From positions 50,642-114,641 of the forward strand of contig CALUOH010000010.1 of NCBI GenBank assembly GCA_944322025.1: a DNA stretch of 64,000 nucleotides, read 5' to 3'. Below the pieces are notes generated by a model, which did not search any database, had not been told where the DNA came from, and was given only the letters and a program-made list of their open reading frames with translations. Shown piece after piece: positions 1 to 8,094 of this stretch (position 1 is the stretch's first letter; every line of letters starts with the position of its first letter). The translations under genes and the position numbers were made by a program. The DNA is from an uncultured Bacteroidales bacterium (GTDB taxonomy: Bacteria > Bacteroidota > Bacteroidia > Bacteroidales > Paludibacteraceae).

Positions 1-242
1 GGCGGCGCAACGAGGTATTGCAGCGTCTCTCTGACAGTAAGCTGCGCGAGTTCTACAAGAGTCAGATAGGAACGGAAGGCACCGTCCTTTGGGAGGACAG
101 CCGCTCCGGCGGCATGATGCATGGTTTCACGGGCAATTACATACGCTTGGAGCGCAAGTACGATGCCCGGATGGTCAATATCTTCGAGCGCGTCACGATA
201 GGTGATGGCGATGCCACTCCCTCTTTCTTAAAGAACGTTTGA
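1..242 (+). CDS. 3' end of a MiaB/MtaB-type tRNA methylthiotransferase (TRAM-like tail); the 5' part is outside the window
   Basis: The frame is open from the window edge (phase of nt 3) to TGA at 240-242. The tail GTVLWEDSRSGGMMHGFTGNYIRLE resembles MtaB-family C-termini (recognition from memory). Confidence 0.5.
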   Translation, partial: RRNEVLQRLSDSKLREFYKSQIGTEGTVLWEDSRSGGMMHGFTGNYIRLERKYDARMVNIFERVTIGDGDATPSFLKNV

Positions 243-315
243 AGCAAATTCTTTTGGTTCTTATAATGCCTGTCGACTTTTTGGGGTTGGAATGCAACAT
301 GCTTGCATAATCCAA

Positions 316-359
316 AATGGGAGCGGCGGGCGGATTTGTATCCGCCCGCCGCTCCCATT
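316..359. terminator. Bidirectional hairpin between convergent genes
   Basis: A perfect 20-bp inverted repeat, AATGGGAGCGGCGGGCGGAT (316-335) and ATCCGCCCGCCGCTCCCATT (340-359), with a 4-nt loop. It lies between the stop at 242 (+) and the stop at 412 (-). Confidence 0.7.
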
Positions 360-411
360 CATTATTTGCCTGACCTCATGGGGCAGGACGTCGCCGCACT
401 GTGAACAGGTG

Positions 412-2100
412 TCAGAGTTTCACTTCGCGGGCGATTTTGGTCACAGCATCTCCGAGGCTCTCGCACTCCTCTATTATGTCCATGAAGTGGATACCTGACT
501 CGTAGGAGTGGTCGCCGTTGTTGACCTGATCGATGTTCTTGCTCTTGAGGCTGTAGCGCAGTTCGTTTATTTCTTTCTCTACGCGGAATATCTCGGCGCG
601 GCCTTCTTCGTCGGTGAAGTGGTTGGATACGCATCGGTCAAGCGCGTCGAGCTGGCGGTCGACAAGAATGAACATCTGTTCCATGTCGGCGGTCTGAGCT
701 GGTGTGAAGTTTATTTTGTCGTTGTTGCGGCGCTGCACTGCCCGGCTGATGTTGAAGCAGCGGTCAGCCACGCTCTCTATCTCGGTGGTGAGGTATAGGT
801 AGTTGCGTATCTGGTTCTTGATGCTGGTCGATGTTGGGGTGGCCGCTATCTCGTATACGTAGTTGGCGATGGCGAGTTCTGTGCGGTCACTGGCCTCCTC
901 GAATTGTTCGAGGCGCTCGGAATAGTTCTGGTTGTTCTTGTCGTTGAACTGTGCGTTTGCAAATGTGCGGGCCTCGCTGAACATGCGGTGAGTGCGCTGG
1001 GCGTATAGCTCTATTTCCTTGTCTGCCTCAATGAGGGAGAGCTCTCCGGTCTGGAGAATGCCGCCTTTGATGAAGCGAAGAGAGAATTCTGAGTCTTGTT
1101 CCCTGACGGGTATGATTCTGTTCACTATAATGACGTAGTATTTCACGAGCCATATCATTATACATGTGTTGGTCACATTGAACATGGTGTGGAACATGGA
1201 GAGTGCGTAGAGGTTGCTGTTCTGTGATTCGGCGTTGCCTCCGAGTGTCACGATCCAGTCCATCATGTGGATGAAGGGATAGAATACTATGAGCATCCAC
1301 GCTACGCCGAATACGTTGAAGAGCGTGTGGCTGAGGGCGGCGCGCTTGGCGGTGGCGTTGGCCGGGATTGCGGCGAGGTTTGCGGTGATGGTCGTACCGA
1401 TGTTTTCGCCGAGTACCATTGCGGCTCCCATCTCGAAGGTAATCCATCCGTTGTTGAGCATGACGAGGGTGATGGCCATCGTGGCGCTGGATGACTGGAC
1501 TATGATTGTGAGCACTGTTCCTATGAGCAGGAAGAGGAATACCGCGCCGTAGCCTGTCCCTAAGGATGAGGATGCGAAGTCCTTGACGAAGGCGAGGGCT
1601 TCGGGGTGGGCTGCGAGGTCAGGCACGGAGTTTTTGAGGTAGTCGAGTCCCATGAAGAGCAGGGCGAAACCGACGAGAAACTCGCCTGTGGATTTGCGCT
1701 TGTCGTTCTTGGAGAACATGAGCGGTATGGAGATGCCGATTATGGGTATGGCGAGGTCTACTATCGAGAACTGGAAGCCGATGAGGGAGACGAGCCATGC
1801 TGTCACGGTCGTACCGATGTTTGCTCCCATGATGACTGATATGGATTCGGCGAGGGTGAGCAGCCCGGCGTTGACGAAGCTGACCACCATCACTGTTGTT
1901 GCGCTTGATGACTGGATGATGGAGGTTATGAGCAGGCCTGTGAAGACACCGAGAAACCTGTTTTTGGTCATTGACGCGAGGATTTTGCGGAGGCGGCTAC
2001 CGGCCACTTTCTGCAAGGATTCGCTCATGAGGTTCATCCCGAAGAGGAAGAGCCCGAGCGAGCCGAGCAACTGGAAGAAATCGGCAAATGTGAATGTCAT
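412..2100 (-). CDS. Na+/phosphate cotransporter family protein (NptA/YjbB-like) with a PhoU-like C-terminal region
   Basis: 562-aa ORF with an ATG start. The N-terminal half is polytopic and carries the duplicated QSSSATT motif (IQSSSATTVMVV and VQSSSATMAITL) typical of Na/Pi-cotransporter II-related proteins. The C-terminal third is soluble and helical. Confidence 0.85.
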   Translation of the reverse strand: MTFTFADFFQLLGSLGLFLFGMNLMSESLQKVAGSRLRKILASMTKNRFLGVFTGLLITSIIQSSSATTVMVVSFVNAGLLTLAESISVIMGANIGTTVTAWLVSLIGFQFSIVDLAIPIIGISIPLMFSKNDKRKSTGEFLVGFALLFMGLDYLKNSVPDLAAHPEALAFVKDFASSSLGTGYGAVFLFLLIGTVLTIIVQSSSATMAITLVMLNNGWITFEMGAAMVLGENIGTTITANLAAIPANATAKRAALSHTLFNVFGVAWMLIVFYPFIHMMDWIVTLGGNAESQNSNLYALSMFHTMFNVTNTCIMIWLVKYYVIIVNRIIPVREQDSEFSLRFIKGGILQTGELSLIEADKEIELYAQRTHRMFSEARTFANAQFNDKNNQNYSERLEQFEEASDRTELAIANYVYEIAATPTSTSIKNQIRNYLYLTTEIESVADRCFNISRAVQRRNNDKINFTPAQTADMEQMFILVDRQLDALDRCVSNHFTDEEGRAEIFRVEKEINELRYSLKSKNIDQVNNGDHSYESGIHFMDIIEECESLGDAVTKIAREVKL

Positions 2101-2143
2101 TGTTGTCAGTGTTGATTATTTATGTTTTTTTTTAATTAGGTTG

Positions 2144-2151
2144 CAAAGATA
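2144..2151 (-). promoter_or_regulatory. Bacteroidetes -7 promoter box (TATCTTTG) for the Na/Pi cotransporter
   Basis: The reverse complement of 2144-2151 is TATCTTTG, which matches TAnnTTTG. It lies 44 nt upstream of the ATG at 2100. Confidence 0.6.
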
Positions 2152-2160
2152 CGGACTTGA

Positions 2161-2200
2161 TGTTACAAACATGTTACAAAAGTGCTACACGGAGGTTACA
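2161..2200 (-). promoter_or_regulatory. Four 7-bp direct repeats at an exact 11-bp period (candidate Pho boxes)
   Basis: TGTTACA 2161-2167, TGTTACA 2172-2178, TGCTACA 2183-2189 and GGTTACA 2194-2200. The array starts 10 bp upstream of the -7 box. Confidence 0.55.
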
Positions 2201-2467
2201 CGGGCCGGTGGGTGGAGTGAATGGGATGTGCAAAATGGGCCTTGGTACGATGGGGTTTACGTTTTGACCGTTTTAGGTGAGATAATGCGAGAAAAGAGCG
2301 GGCCGCTTGGTTGAGGGTAGCGGAGGGGTAGCGGGAAGGTAGCGGGAGGTTAGGGCAATAGTTTGGGAATGAGGGGGTTGTGGCTGCGCGGTGGGATACA
2401 ACGAGAGTGGTGATTTGAGGAGTGATGTGCGTTTTGGGCTATGAGGGTATGTGTGGGCGGCGGGCTG

Positions 2468-3808
2468 TCACAGGGATTTTCCGCGCCAGCGTCCGCTGCG
2501 GATGTATGAGTAGCTGAAGCCGAATATGAGTGCGGCGTATGCTATCTCGGAGGTCCAGCACCATGCGACATCGAGTTTGAGGTACATGATTAGGAAGAAG
2601 CAGTAGAGCACATAGAGGGTGAGCGCGCATAGCTCGAGGGCGAAGGCCATGCGTGTGTTGCCTGTGCCGGAGATGGACTGGAAGTATATATTGGCGGGGA
2701 CCATTATGAGGTATGCGGAGCAGAGTACCCACAGCGAGGGTACGGAGGCTTCTATCAGTTCCGGGATGTCGGAGTAGATGCTAATGACAAGGCGTGGACA
2801 GAGGCAGAAGAGGAGGGCGAGTGGGAGGACGCAGATGTAGGCGAGGCGGACGTGCTGGCGTATAGTGTATGTCACGCTTTCCACCTTGCCTGCGCCGATG
2901 AGGTTGCTGACGAGGGAGCCGCATGTGGAGGCGTATGCGGAGACAATCATGAAGAGGAAACTGGAGAGGCTGCGGATGACGTTGGTTATCGCCAGAGAGC
3001 GTTCGCCGAGATGCTCGACAAAAATGAAGAACATGAACCATGTGGAGATGGAGAGGAAGTTCTGCACCATGGTCCATACAGATATGTTGAGTATGTGCCT
3101 CATTATGCGGCGGTCAATGTGGGGCAGGGAGTTGAGACCGTATTTGCGGGTGTCGATGCGGCGTGCGGTGTGGGAGATGAAGAAGAGGAGCGAGACGAGT
3201 TCGGCGAGGACAGAGCCGAGAGCCGCGCCGGCTATGCCCATGGCGGGCATTCCGAGTTTTCCGAATACGAATATCCAGTTGAACAGCACGTTTGAGCTGA
3301 CCATTATTATGGAATTGAGTGTCAGGGTCTTGGTCTGTGTCGTGGCGACATAGAACGAGCGGAACATAGTTGCGGCGAAGGAGAAGAAGAAGCCGAATAT
3401 GCGCCAGTCGATGTAGCGCATGGCGGCCTCATAGATGTGTACGGAGCTGACGAACTTGTCGAGCAGGAAGGGGGAGAGGGTCTTCGAGAGCAGGAAGGCC
3501 AGCAGCGCGAACCCTATGAGGAAGTAGAGGCCGTGGTAGAAGATGGAGCCTATCTCGCCGTAACGCTTTTCGCCGTTGCGGCGCGCCATTATAATCTGCG
3601 CGCCTATGCAGAAGCCGAAGCCGACCATGAAAATCACCATGTAGTATACACTGGCTATGGCCGACGCGCCTAACTCGACTTCGCCTATGCGGCCCATGAA
3701 TGCCGTGTCCGTCATGCCGATGAGCTGTTCCATCAGCAGGCTTATCAGTATGGGATATGCAATGCGCCAGATGTCGCGGTATGAATAGGCTTGCAGCGGT
3801 GATGTCAT
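2468..3808 (-). CDS. MATE family efflux transporter
   Basis: 446-aa polytopic ORF. The N-terminus YRDIWRIAYPILISLLMEQLIGMTDTAFMGRIG is typical of MATE/NorM-like proteins. Confidence 0.85.
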   Translation of the reverse strand: MTSPLQAYSYRDIWRIAYPILISLLMEQLIGMTDTAFMGRIGEVELGASAIASVYYMVIFMVGFGFCIGAQIIMARRNGEKRYGEIGSIFYHGLYFLIGFALLAFLLSKTLSPFLLDKFVSSVHIYEAAMRYIDWRIFGFFFSFAATMFRSFYVATTQTKTLTLNSIIMVSSNVLFNWIFVFGKLGMPAMGIAGAALGSVLAELVSLLFFISHTARRIDTRKYGLNSLPHIDRRIMRHILNISVWTMVQNFLSISTWFMFFIFVEHLGERSLAITNVIRSLSSFLFMIVSAYASTCGSLVSNLIGAGKVESVTYTIRQHVRLAYICVLPLALLFCLCPRLVISIYSDIPELIEASVPSLWVLCSAYLIMVPANIYFQSISGTGNTRMAFALELCALTLYVLYCFFLIMYLKLDVAWCWTSEIAYAALIFGFSYSYIRSGRWRGKSL

Positions 3809-4071
3809 GTCTCTGTACGTTTTTCTCAGTCCGGATTACGGGGGCGCAAAGTTACTGATTTTGTGCCGTATTGCAAAAAGGTGGTGTCGGGGGCGATAAA
3901 AGTGTGGCGGATAGTGCTGCGGGAGAGAAATATATTCGTAATTTTGTAGCATGTAGTGTGTGGCGTTTGGCGAGGGCTTTTCCGTGCGGGCGCGTGCTGC
4001 GGGACGGAGCCCGAGAGGAGGGGTGCGCTTGCCTGCACGGTGTATTGCCGAGTGTATTCAACTGTCTGATT

Positions 4072-4962
4072 ATGGGTTATTATATAGTGTATTCCTTGCT
4101 GTGGCTGATGTCGCGTATGCCGATGGGGGTGCTTTATGTCATATCCGACTTGTGCTATCCGATAGTCAGGTATGTCGTGCGCTACCGCTATGGTGTGGTG
4201 CGGGGGAACGTGGACAACTCTTTCCCGGAGTGGGAGGAGAGCCGCCGCCGTGCGCTGGTCAACCGTTTCTACCGCTATCTGTGCGACTGTTTCGTGGAGA
4301 GCGTGGCCCTTATGGGGATGAGCGAGCGGGAGATTAGGCGGCGTTTCGTCTTCACGAACCCCGACTTTTTCAGCAGGGAGGAGTTCGCGGGACGGAGCTT
4401 TGTGGCCGTCTTCGGGCATTACGGCAACTGGGAGTGGGTCAGTTCGCTGCCCCTGTGGGTCAATAACCTCAATGTCGCCACACTATATAAGCCGTTGCGT
4501 AACAATGTGTTCGACAGGATGTTCCTGACAATGCGCACACGGTTCGGCACGAAGTGCATAGACAAGAAGAAGGTGCTGCGGGAGATGCTGCTCCTCAGGC
4601 GGGAGACAAAGCCGTATGTGGTGGCGTTCATAGCTGACCAGACGCCGTCTGTACATAACATACATTACTGGACAAAGTTCCTCAATCAGGATAGCGCGGT
4701 TCTGACGGGGTGGGAGACTATCTCGAAAAAGACCGGTGATGTGGTCATCTATCTTGACATCAGGCGAGTGCGGCGCGGATACTATGAGGCCGAGCTCAGT
4801 CTGGTCAGCGCGGATGCGAAGAGCGAACCGGACTATGCCATGAGCGAGAGATACATAAGGCTTGTGGAGGAGAGTATCATGCGTGACCCCTCGTGCTGGC
4901 TCTGGTCGCACAAAAGGTGGAAACATAAAAAGGAATGTACCAATGGAGACGGAAGAATGTAA
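4072..4962 (+). CDS. Lipid A biosynthesis (LpxL/HtrB-like) lysophospholipid acyltransferase
   Basis: I chose the ATG at 4072 (MGYYIVYSLLWLMSRMP...) rather than the TTG at 3871. The FGHYGNWEW motif (HX4-type acyltransferase box) is present, and the TM-like N-terminus is typical of the family. Confidence 0.75.
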   Translation: MGYYIVYSLLWLMSRMPMGVLYVISDLCYPIVRYVVRYRYGVVRGNVDNSFPEWEESRRRALVNRFYRYLCDCFVESVALMGMSEREIRRRFVFTNPDFFSREEFAGRSFVAVFGHYGNWEWVSSLPLWVNNLNVATLYKPLRNNVFDRMFLTMRTRFGTKCIDKKKVLREMLLLRRETKPYVVAFIADQTPSVHNIHYWTKFLNQDSAVLTGWETISKKTGDVVIYLDIRRVRRGYYEAELSLVSADAKSEPDYAMSERYIRLVEESIMRDPSCWLWSHKRWKHKKECTNGDGRM

Positions 4963-5974
4963 GGTGGCGGTGGTCATACTCAACTACAACGGCGTGGGGC
5001 ATCTGCAAAAGTTTCTGCCGGGAGTGGTGAAGCATACGGATGCGGAGGTGATAGTGGCAGACAACGGTTCGACTGACGGCTCTGTGGAGTGGCTGTCGGC
5101 CGAGATGCCGCAGCTCAGGGTGATACGCATGGCGGAGAATTACGGTTTCGCCGAGGGGTACAACAGGGCGTTGAGGCAGGTAGAGGCCGACATATATGTG
5201 CTGCTCAACTCAGATGTGGAGACGCCGGCAGGATGGTTGCAGCCTATGATAAGGTATATGCAGGCACATGACGAGTGTGTGGCGTGTCAGCCTAAGGTGT
5301 TGAGCTATACTGAGAGGGGCAGGTTTGAGTATGCCGGAGCAGCGGGGGGGTATATTGATGCCTATGGCTATCCCTATTGCAGGGGGCGAGTGCTCTCCGT
5401 AGTGGAGGAGGACCACGGGCAGTACGACTCTGTGGCTGAGGTGTTTTGGGCTACGGGAGCATGCCTTGTGATACGTAGCGGGGCTTATTGGCATGCTGGC
5501 GGGCTTGACGGGCGTTTCTTTGCCCATCAGGAAGAGATAGACCTCTGTTGGAGGCTTAAAGCGCGTGGCGGCTCGGTGGTGTGTGTGCCAGAGAGTGCTG
5601 TTTACCATGTCGGGGCTGGTACGCTTTCGTACGAGAGCCCGATGAAGACATATCTCAATTTCCGGAACAATGCACTGCTGCTGTATAAGAACATGCCCCG
5701 CCGCCGCTATCGGTGGGTATCTCCTTTGCGTTTTGTGCTTGACTGGATGGCCGCGCTCCACATGCTTCTGCAGGGCAAGCCCCATAATGCCGCAAAGGTG
5801 TTCCGTGCTCAGGTGGATTTCTTGAGAATGAGGCGTGATTTCAGAAAGGAGAGGAATGAGAACCTGCGGCTGGCGCGAGTGGAAAAACCGATTGGGGTAT
5901 TAAACCATTTGCTGCTTATCGAAGTCTATTTGAGAGGAGTAAAAACTTACAGCGGGCTCAATCGGGGACAGTGA
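4943..5974 (+). CDS. Glycosyltransferase family 2
   Basis: ATG at 4943 (METEECKVAVVILNYNG...) overlaps the upstream gene by 20 nt. The N-terminal Rossmann-like VAVVILNYNG and ADNGSTDGS motifs are present. Confidence 0.8.
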   Translation: METEECKVAVVILNYNGVGHLQKFLPGVVKHTDAEVIVADNGSTDGSVEWLSAEMPQLRVIRMAENYGFAEGYNRALRQVEADIYVLLNSDVETPAGWLQPMIRYMQAHDECVACQPKVLSYTERGRFEYAGAAGGYIDAYGYPYCRGRVLSVVEEDHGQYDSVAEVFWATGACLVIRSGAYWHAGGLDGRFFAHQEEIDLCWRLKARGGSVVCVPESAVYHVGAGTLSYESPMKTYLNFRNNALLLYKNMPRRRYRWVSPLRFVLDWMAALHMLLQGKPHNAAKVFRAQVDFLRMRRDFRKERNENLRLARVEKPIGVLNHLLLIEVYLRGVKTYSGLNRGQ

Positions 5975-6027
5975 TAATTTGTTTGTGTAAAAATGCTTAA
6001 AACCGAATACTCTATAACGTTTTTCTG

Positions 6028-6035
6028 TATCTTTG
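6028..6035 (+). promoter_or_regulatory. Possible -7 box (TATCTTTG) about 200 nt upstream of the DUF1573 gene
   Basis: Exact match to TAnnTTTG. It implies an unusually long leader (about 6045-6243). Confidence 0.35.
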
Positions 6036-6243
6036 CTGACGCAAGAGAGGAGGCGGTTCGGCAATGGCAAAGAGGGAACAGGCTCTCATTTGTCTCTGCT
6101 CTCGATTTTCACTATCTTGGTGCTGTTGAAGAAAGTATGGCGGGTGAGTAAGATAATGCCTGTATTGTGTTCTTTCACGGGAAGCCGTGTCTGGAGTGAT
6201 GTTAAAGGGAAACCATATTACTAATCTATAAATTAATACAACA

Positions 6244-6672
6244 ATGAAGAAACTTATTTTATTCGCATTTGCTGTGTTCATGGTGACAGGGCTCGCCGCT
6301 CAGCAGAAAGAGGTGGTAAAATTCAATGAGAAGACACACGACTTCGGTACTGTGAAAGAGGAGGACGGGCGCATCACATGCACATTCTCATTCGATAATC
6401 TCCTCGCCACACCTATTTCTATCAAGAATGTGAGAGCGTCCTGTGGCTGTACTACTCCCAATTGGAGCAGAGAGCCGATAGCTCCCAATGCAAAAGGCGA
6501 AATCACTGTGACTTACAACACAAAGGGACGTCCCGGAATGTTCCAGAAGAGTGTGACTGTGACATTCAGTGACGGTACACAGGATTATACTCAGGTACTC
6601 TTTATTAAAGGTAAAGTCACTCCGAGGGTTGTTGCCACAGCTCCGGAAGCCGCGCAGACAGCTTCAAAGTAA
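6244..6672 (+). CDS. DUF1573 domain-containing secreted protein
   Basis: Has a signal peptide (MKKLILFAFAVFMVTGLAAQ). The core FDFGTV...ASCGCT...G...I.V.Y pattern is characteristic of DUF1573. Confidence 0.75.
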   Translation: MKKLILFAFAVFMVTGLAAQQKEVVKFNEKTHDFGTVKEEDGRITCTFSFDNLLATPISIKNVRASCGCTTPNWSREPIAPNAKGEITVTYNTKGRPGMFQKSVTVTFSDGTQDYTQVLFIKGKVTPRVVATAPEAAQTASK

Positions 6673-6745
6673 GAGCGGCCTTAATATTTCGTACATCGGC
6701 TGGGTGCATACCAGCCTTGGCACGGAACAGATACAGAGTACAAAC

Positions 6746-6876
6746 CGAAGCATTGCTATCTTCACCTTCTATTCTGTCGCGATGTACAAGCACGGCAAAT
6801 CGGGAGTTGTCCACCATGGGGCAATGTCCGTGAAAGGGGAAGGCAGCAATGCTTCGATTTATATTAGAGAAGCATG
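6746..6876 (+). ncRNA. Candidate structured RNA or leader (family unknown)
   Basis: 6746-6766 (CGAAGCATTGCTATCTTCACC) pairs with 6836-6856 (GGGGAAGGCAGCAATGCTTCG): 11 perfect bp, extending to about 20 bp. A second GAAGCAT at 6869-6875 can compete for ATGCTTC at 6849-6855. Confidence 0.25.
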
Positions 6877-6948
6877 ACTCAGTAACGTGGGTATTATGCT
6901 ATTTCTATGTATAGGTGAGTAGATAAAAAAGAGTTTCGTAGTTGTTAT

Positions 6949-8079
6949 ATGAATAAGGGAAACGGTAATAGCGATATATTTATGGAAGACAAACATCATC
7001 ACATAGAGAACAGCGAGGAGTACATCGGACTTAACGTGAACAACGGCGTGGCACAGCCGCCAACGGTCAACCCGTATATGAAAAAGGTGGTGCGCCGTAA
7101 GAAATACAATGCATCCGAGTATGTGGAAGGCATATTGAAAGGCGACCGCTCCATATTAAGTCAGGCGGTGACGCTCGTGGAGAGTCTTCTGCCTGAGCAT
7201 CATGCGGTGGCGCAGGAGGTGATAGAAAAGTGCCTGCCTTATGCGGGTAAATCCATACGTGTAGGTATCACGGGTGTGCCGGGGGCTGGTAAGAGTACAT
7301 TTATAGAGGCACTTGGGGTGCACCTCTGTAATGAGGGCCATAAACTGGCTGTGTTGGCCATTGACCCCAGCAGCGAACGCTCCAAGGGGTCAATCCTGGG
7401 CGACAAGACCCGTATGGAGGCTCTCTCTGTGGCAGAAAACGCGTTTATCCGGCCTTCTCCATCGGCCGGTTCACTCGGCGGTGTGGCGCGCAAGACGAGG
7501 GAGTCCATAGTACTGTGTGAGGCGGCCGGCTTTGACACGATATTTGTCGAGACAGTGGGCGTGGGACAGAGCGAGACCGCCATGCACTCGATGGTTGATT
7601 TCTTCCTGCTCATCCAACTTGCCGGGACTGGCGATGAACTGCAAGGCATCAAACGTGGTATAATGGAGATGGCGGACGGTATAACGATAAATAAGTGTGA
7701 CGGCAATAACGTGGAAAAGGCTCAACTGGCAAAAGCGCAGTTTCAGAATGCACTGCACCTCTTCCCCCTACCGGAGTCTGGATGGACTCCGCAGGTCACC
7801 ACATGTTCCGCATTTGAAAATATCAATATCGACGGCGTGTGGAAAATGGTAACGGACTACATGGCCTTTACCAGAGAGAACGGATATTTCGACCATAAGC
7901 GCAGGCAGCAGAGCAAGTATTGGATGTATGAGACCATCGACGAATACCTGAAGACGAGTTTCTACAATAACGAAGAGGTGCAGAAACGGATGTCTGCATA
8001 CGAGACGCTTGTGAACAACAACGAGATGACCTCGTTTGCGGCGGCGCACAAGTTGATTGATTTCTATAACAGTTTATAA
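6949..8079 (+). CDS. meaB: Methylmalonyl-CoA mutase-associated GTPase MeaB/ArgK
   Basis: Contains the P-loop GITGVPGAGKSTFIEALG, then DPSS, VETVGVGQSE and NKCD motifs in the order typical of the MeaB/ArgK G3E family. Confidence 0.85.
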   Translation: MNKGNGNSDIFMEDKHHHIENSEEYIGLNVNNGVAQPPTVNPYMKKVVRRKKYNASEYVEGILKGDRSILSQAVTLVESLLPEHHAVAQEVIEKCLPYAGKSIRVGITGVPGAGKSTFIEALGVHLCNEGHKLAVLAIDPSSERSKGSILGDKTRMEALSVAENAFIRPSPSAGSLGGVARKTRESIVLCEAAGFDTIFVETVGVGQSETAMHSMVDFFLLIQLAGTGDELQGIKRGIMEMADGITINKCDGNNVEKAQLAKAQFQNALHLFPLPESGWTPQVTTCSAFENINIDGVWKMVTDYMAFTRENGYFDHKRRQQSKYWMYETIDEYLKTSFYNNEEVQKRMSAYETLVNNNEMTSFAAAHKLIDFYNSL

Positions 8080-8094
8080 CCGAGATAGTTTTAT

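Noticed and set aside
6012-6281. ORFs 6012-6281 (-) and 6033-6224 (+) in the ~200-nt leader of the DUF1573 gene, and a possible riboswitch there (AAAGAGGGAAC and ATAATGCC strings)
   Set aside because: The ORFs overlap each other, have odd composition and lack ribosome-binding context. The strings match only fragments of the cobalamin and TPP consensus, and I could not build the required helices by eye.
6673-6948. Cobalamin riboswitch upstream of meaB, suggested by the B12-related gene context and by a CCACCATGG...GGGGAAGGC string resembling the GCCACTG...GGGAAGGC region
   Set aside because: The 5' conserved core (AGGGAA...GGTG..AA..CC...CCCGC) and the B12-box terminal element are absent on either strand. 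I kept it only as an unclassified structured-RNA candidate.
6949-8079. meaB without adjacent methylmalonyl-CoA mutase genes, considered as an anomaly
   Set aside because: The mutase subunits may simply lie elsewhere in the genome. The window gives no evidence of anything unusual.
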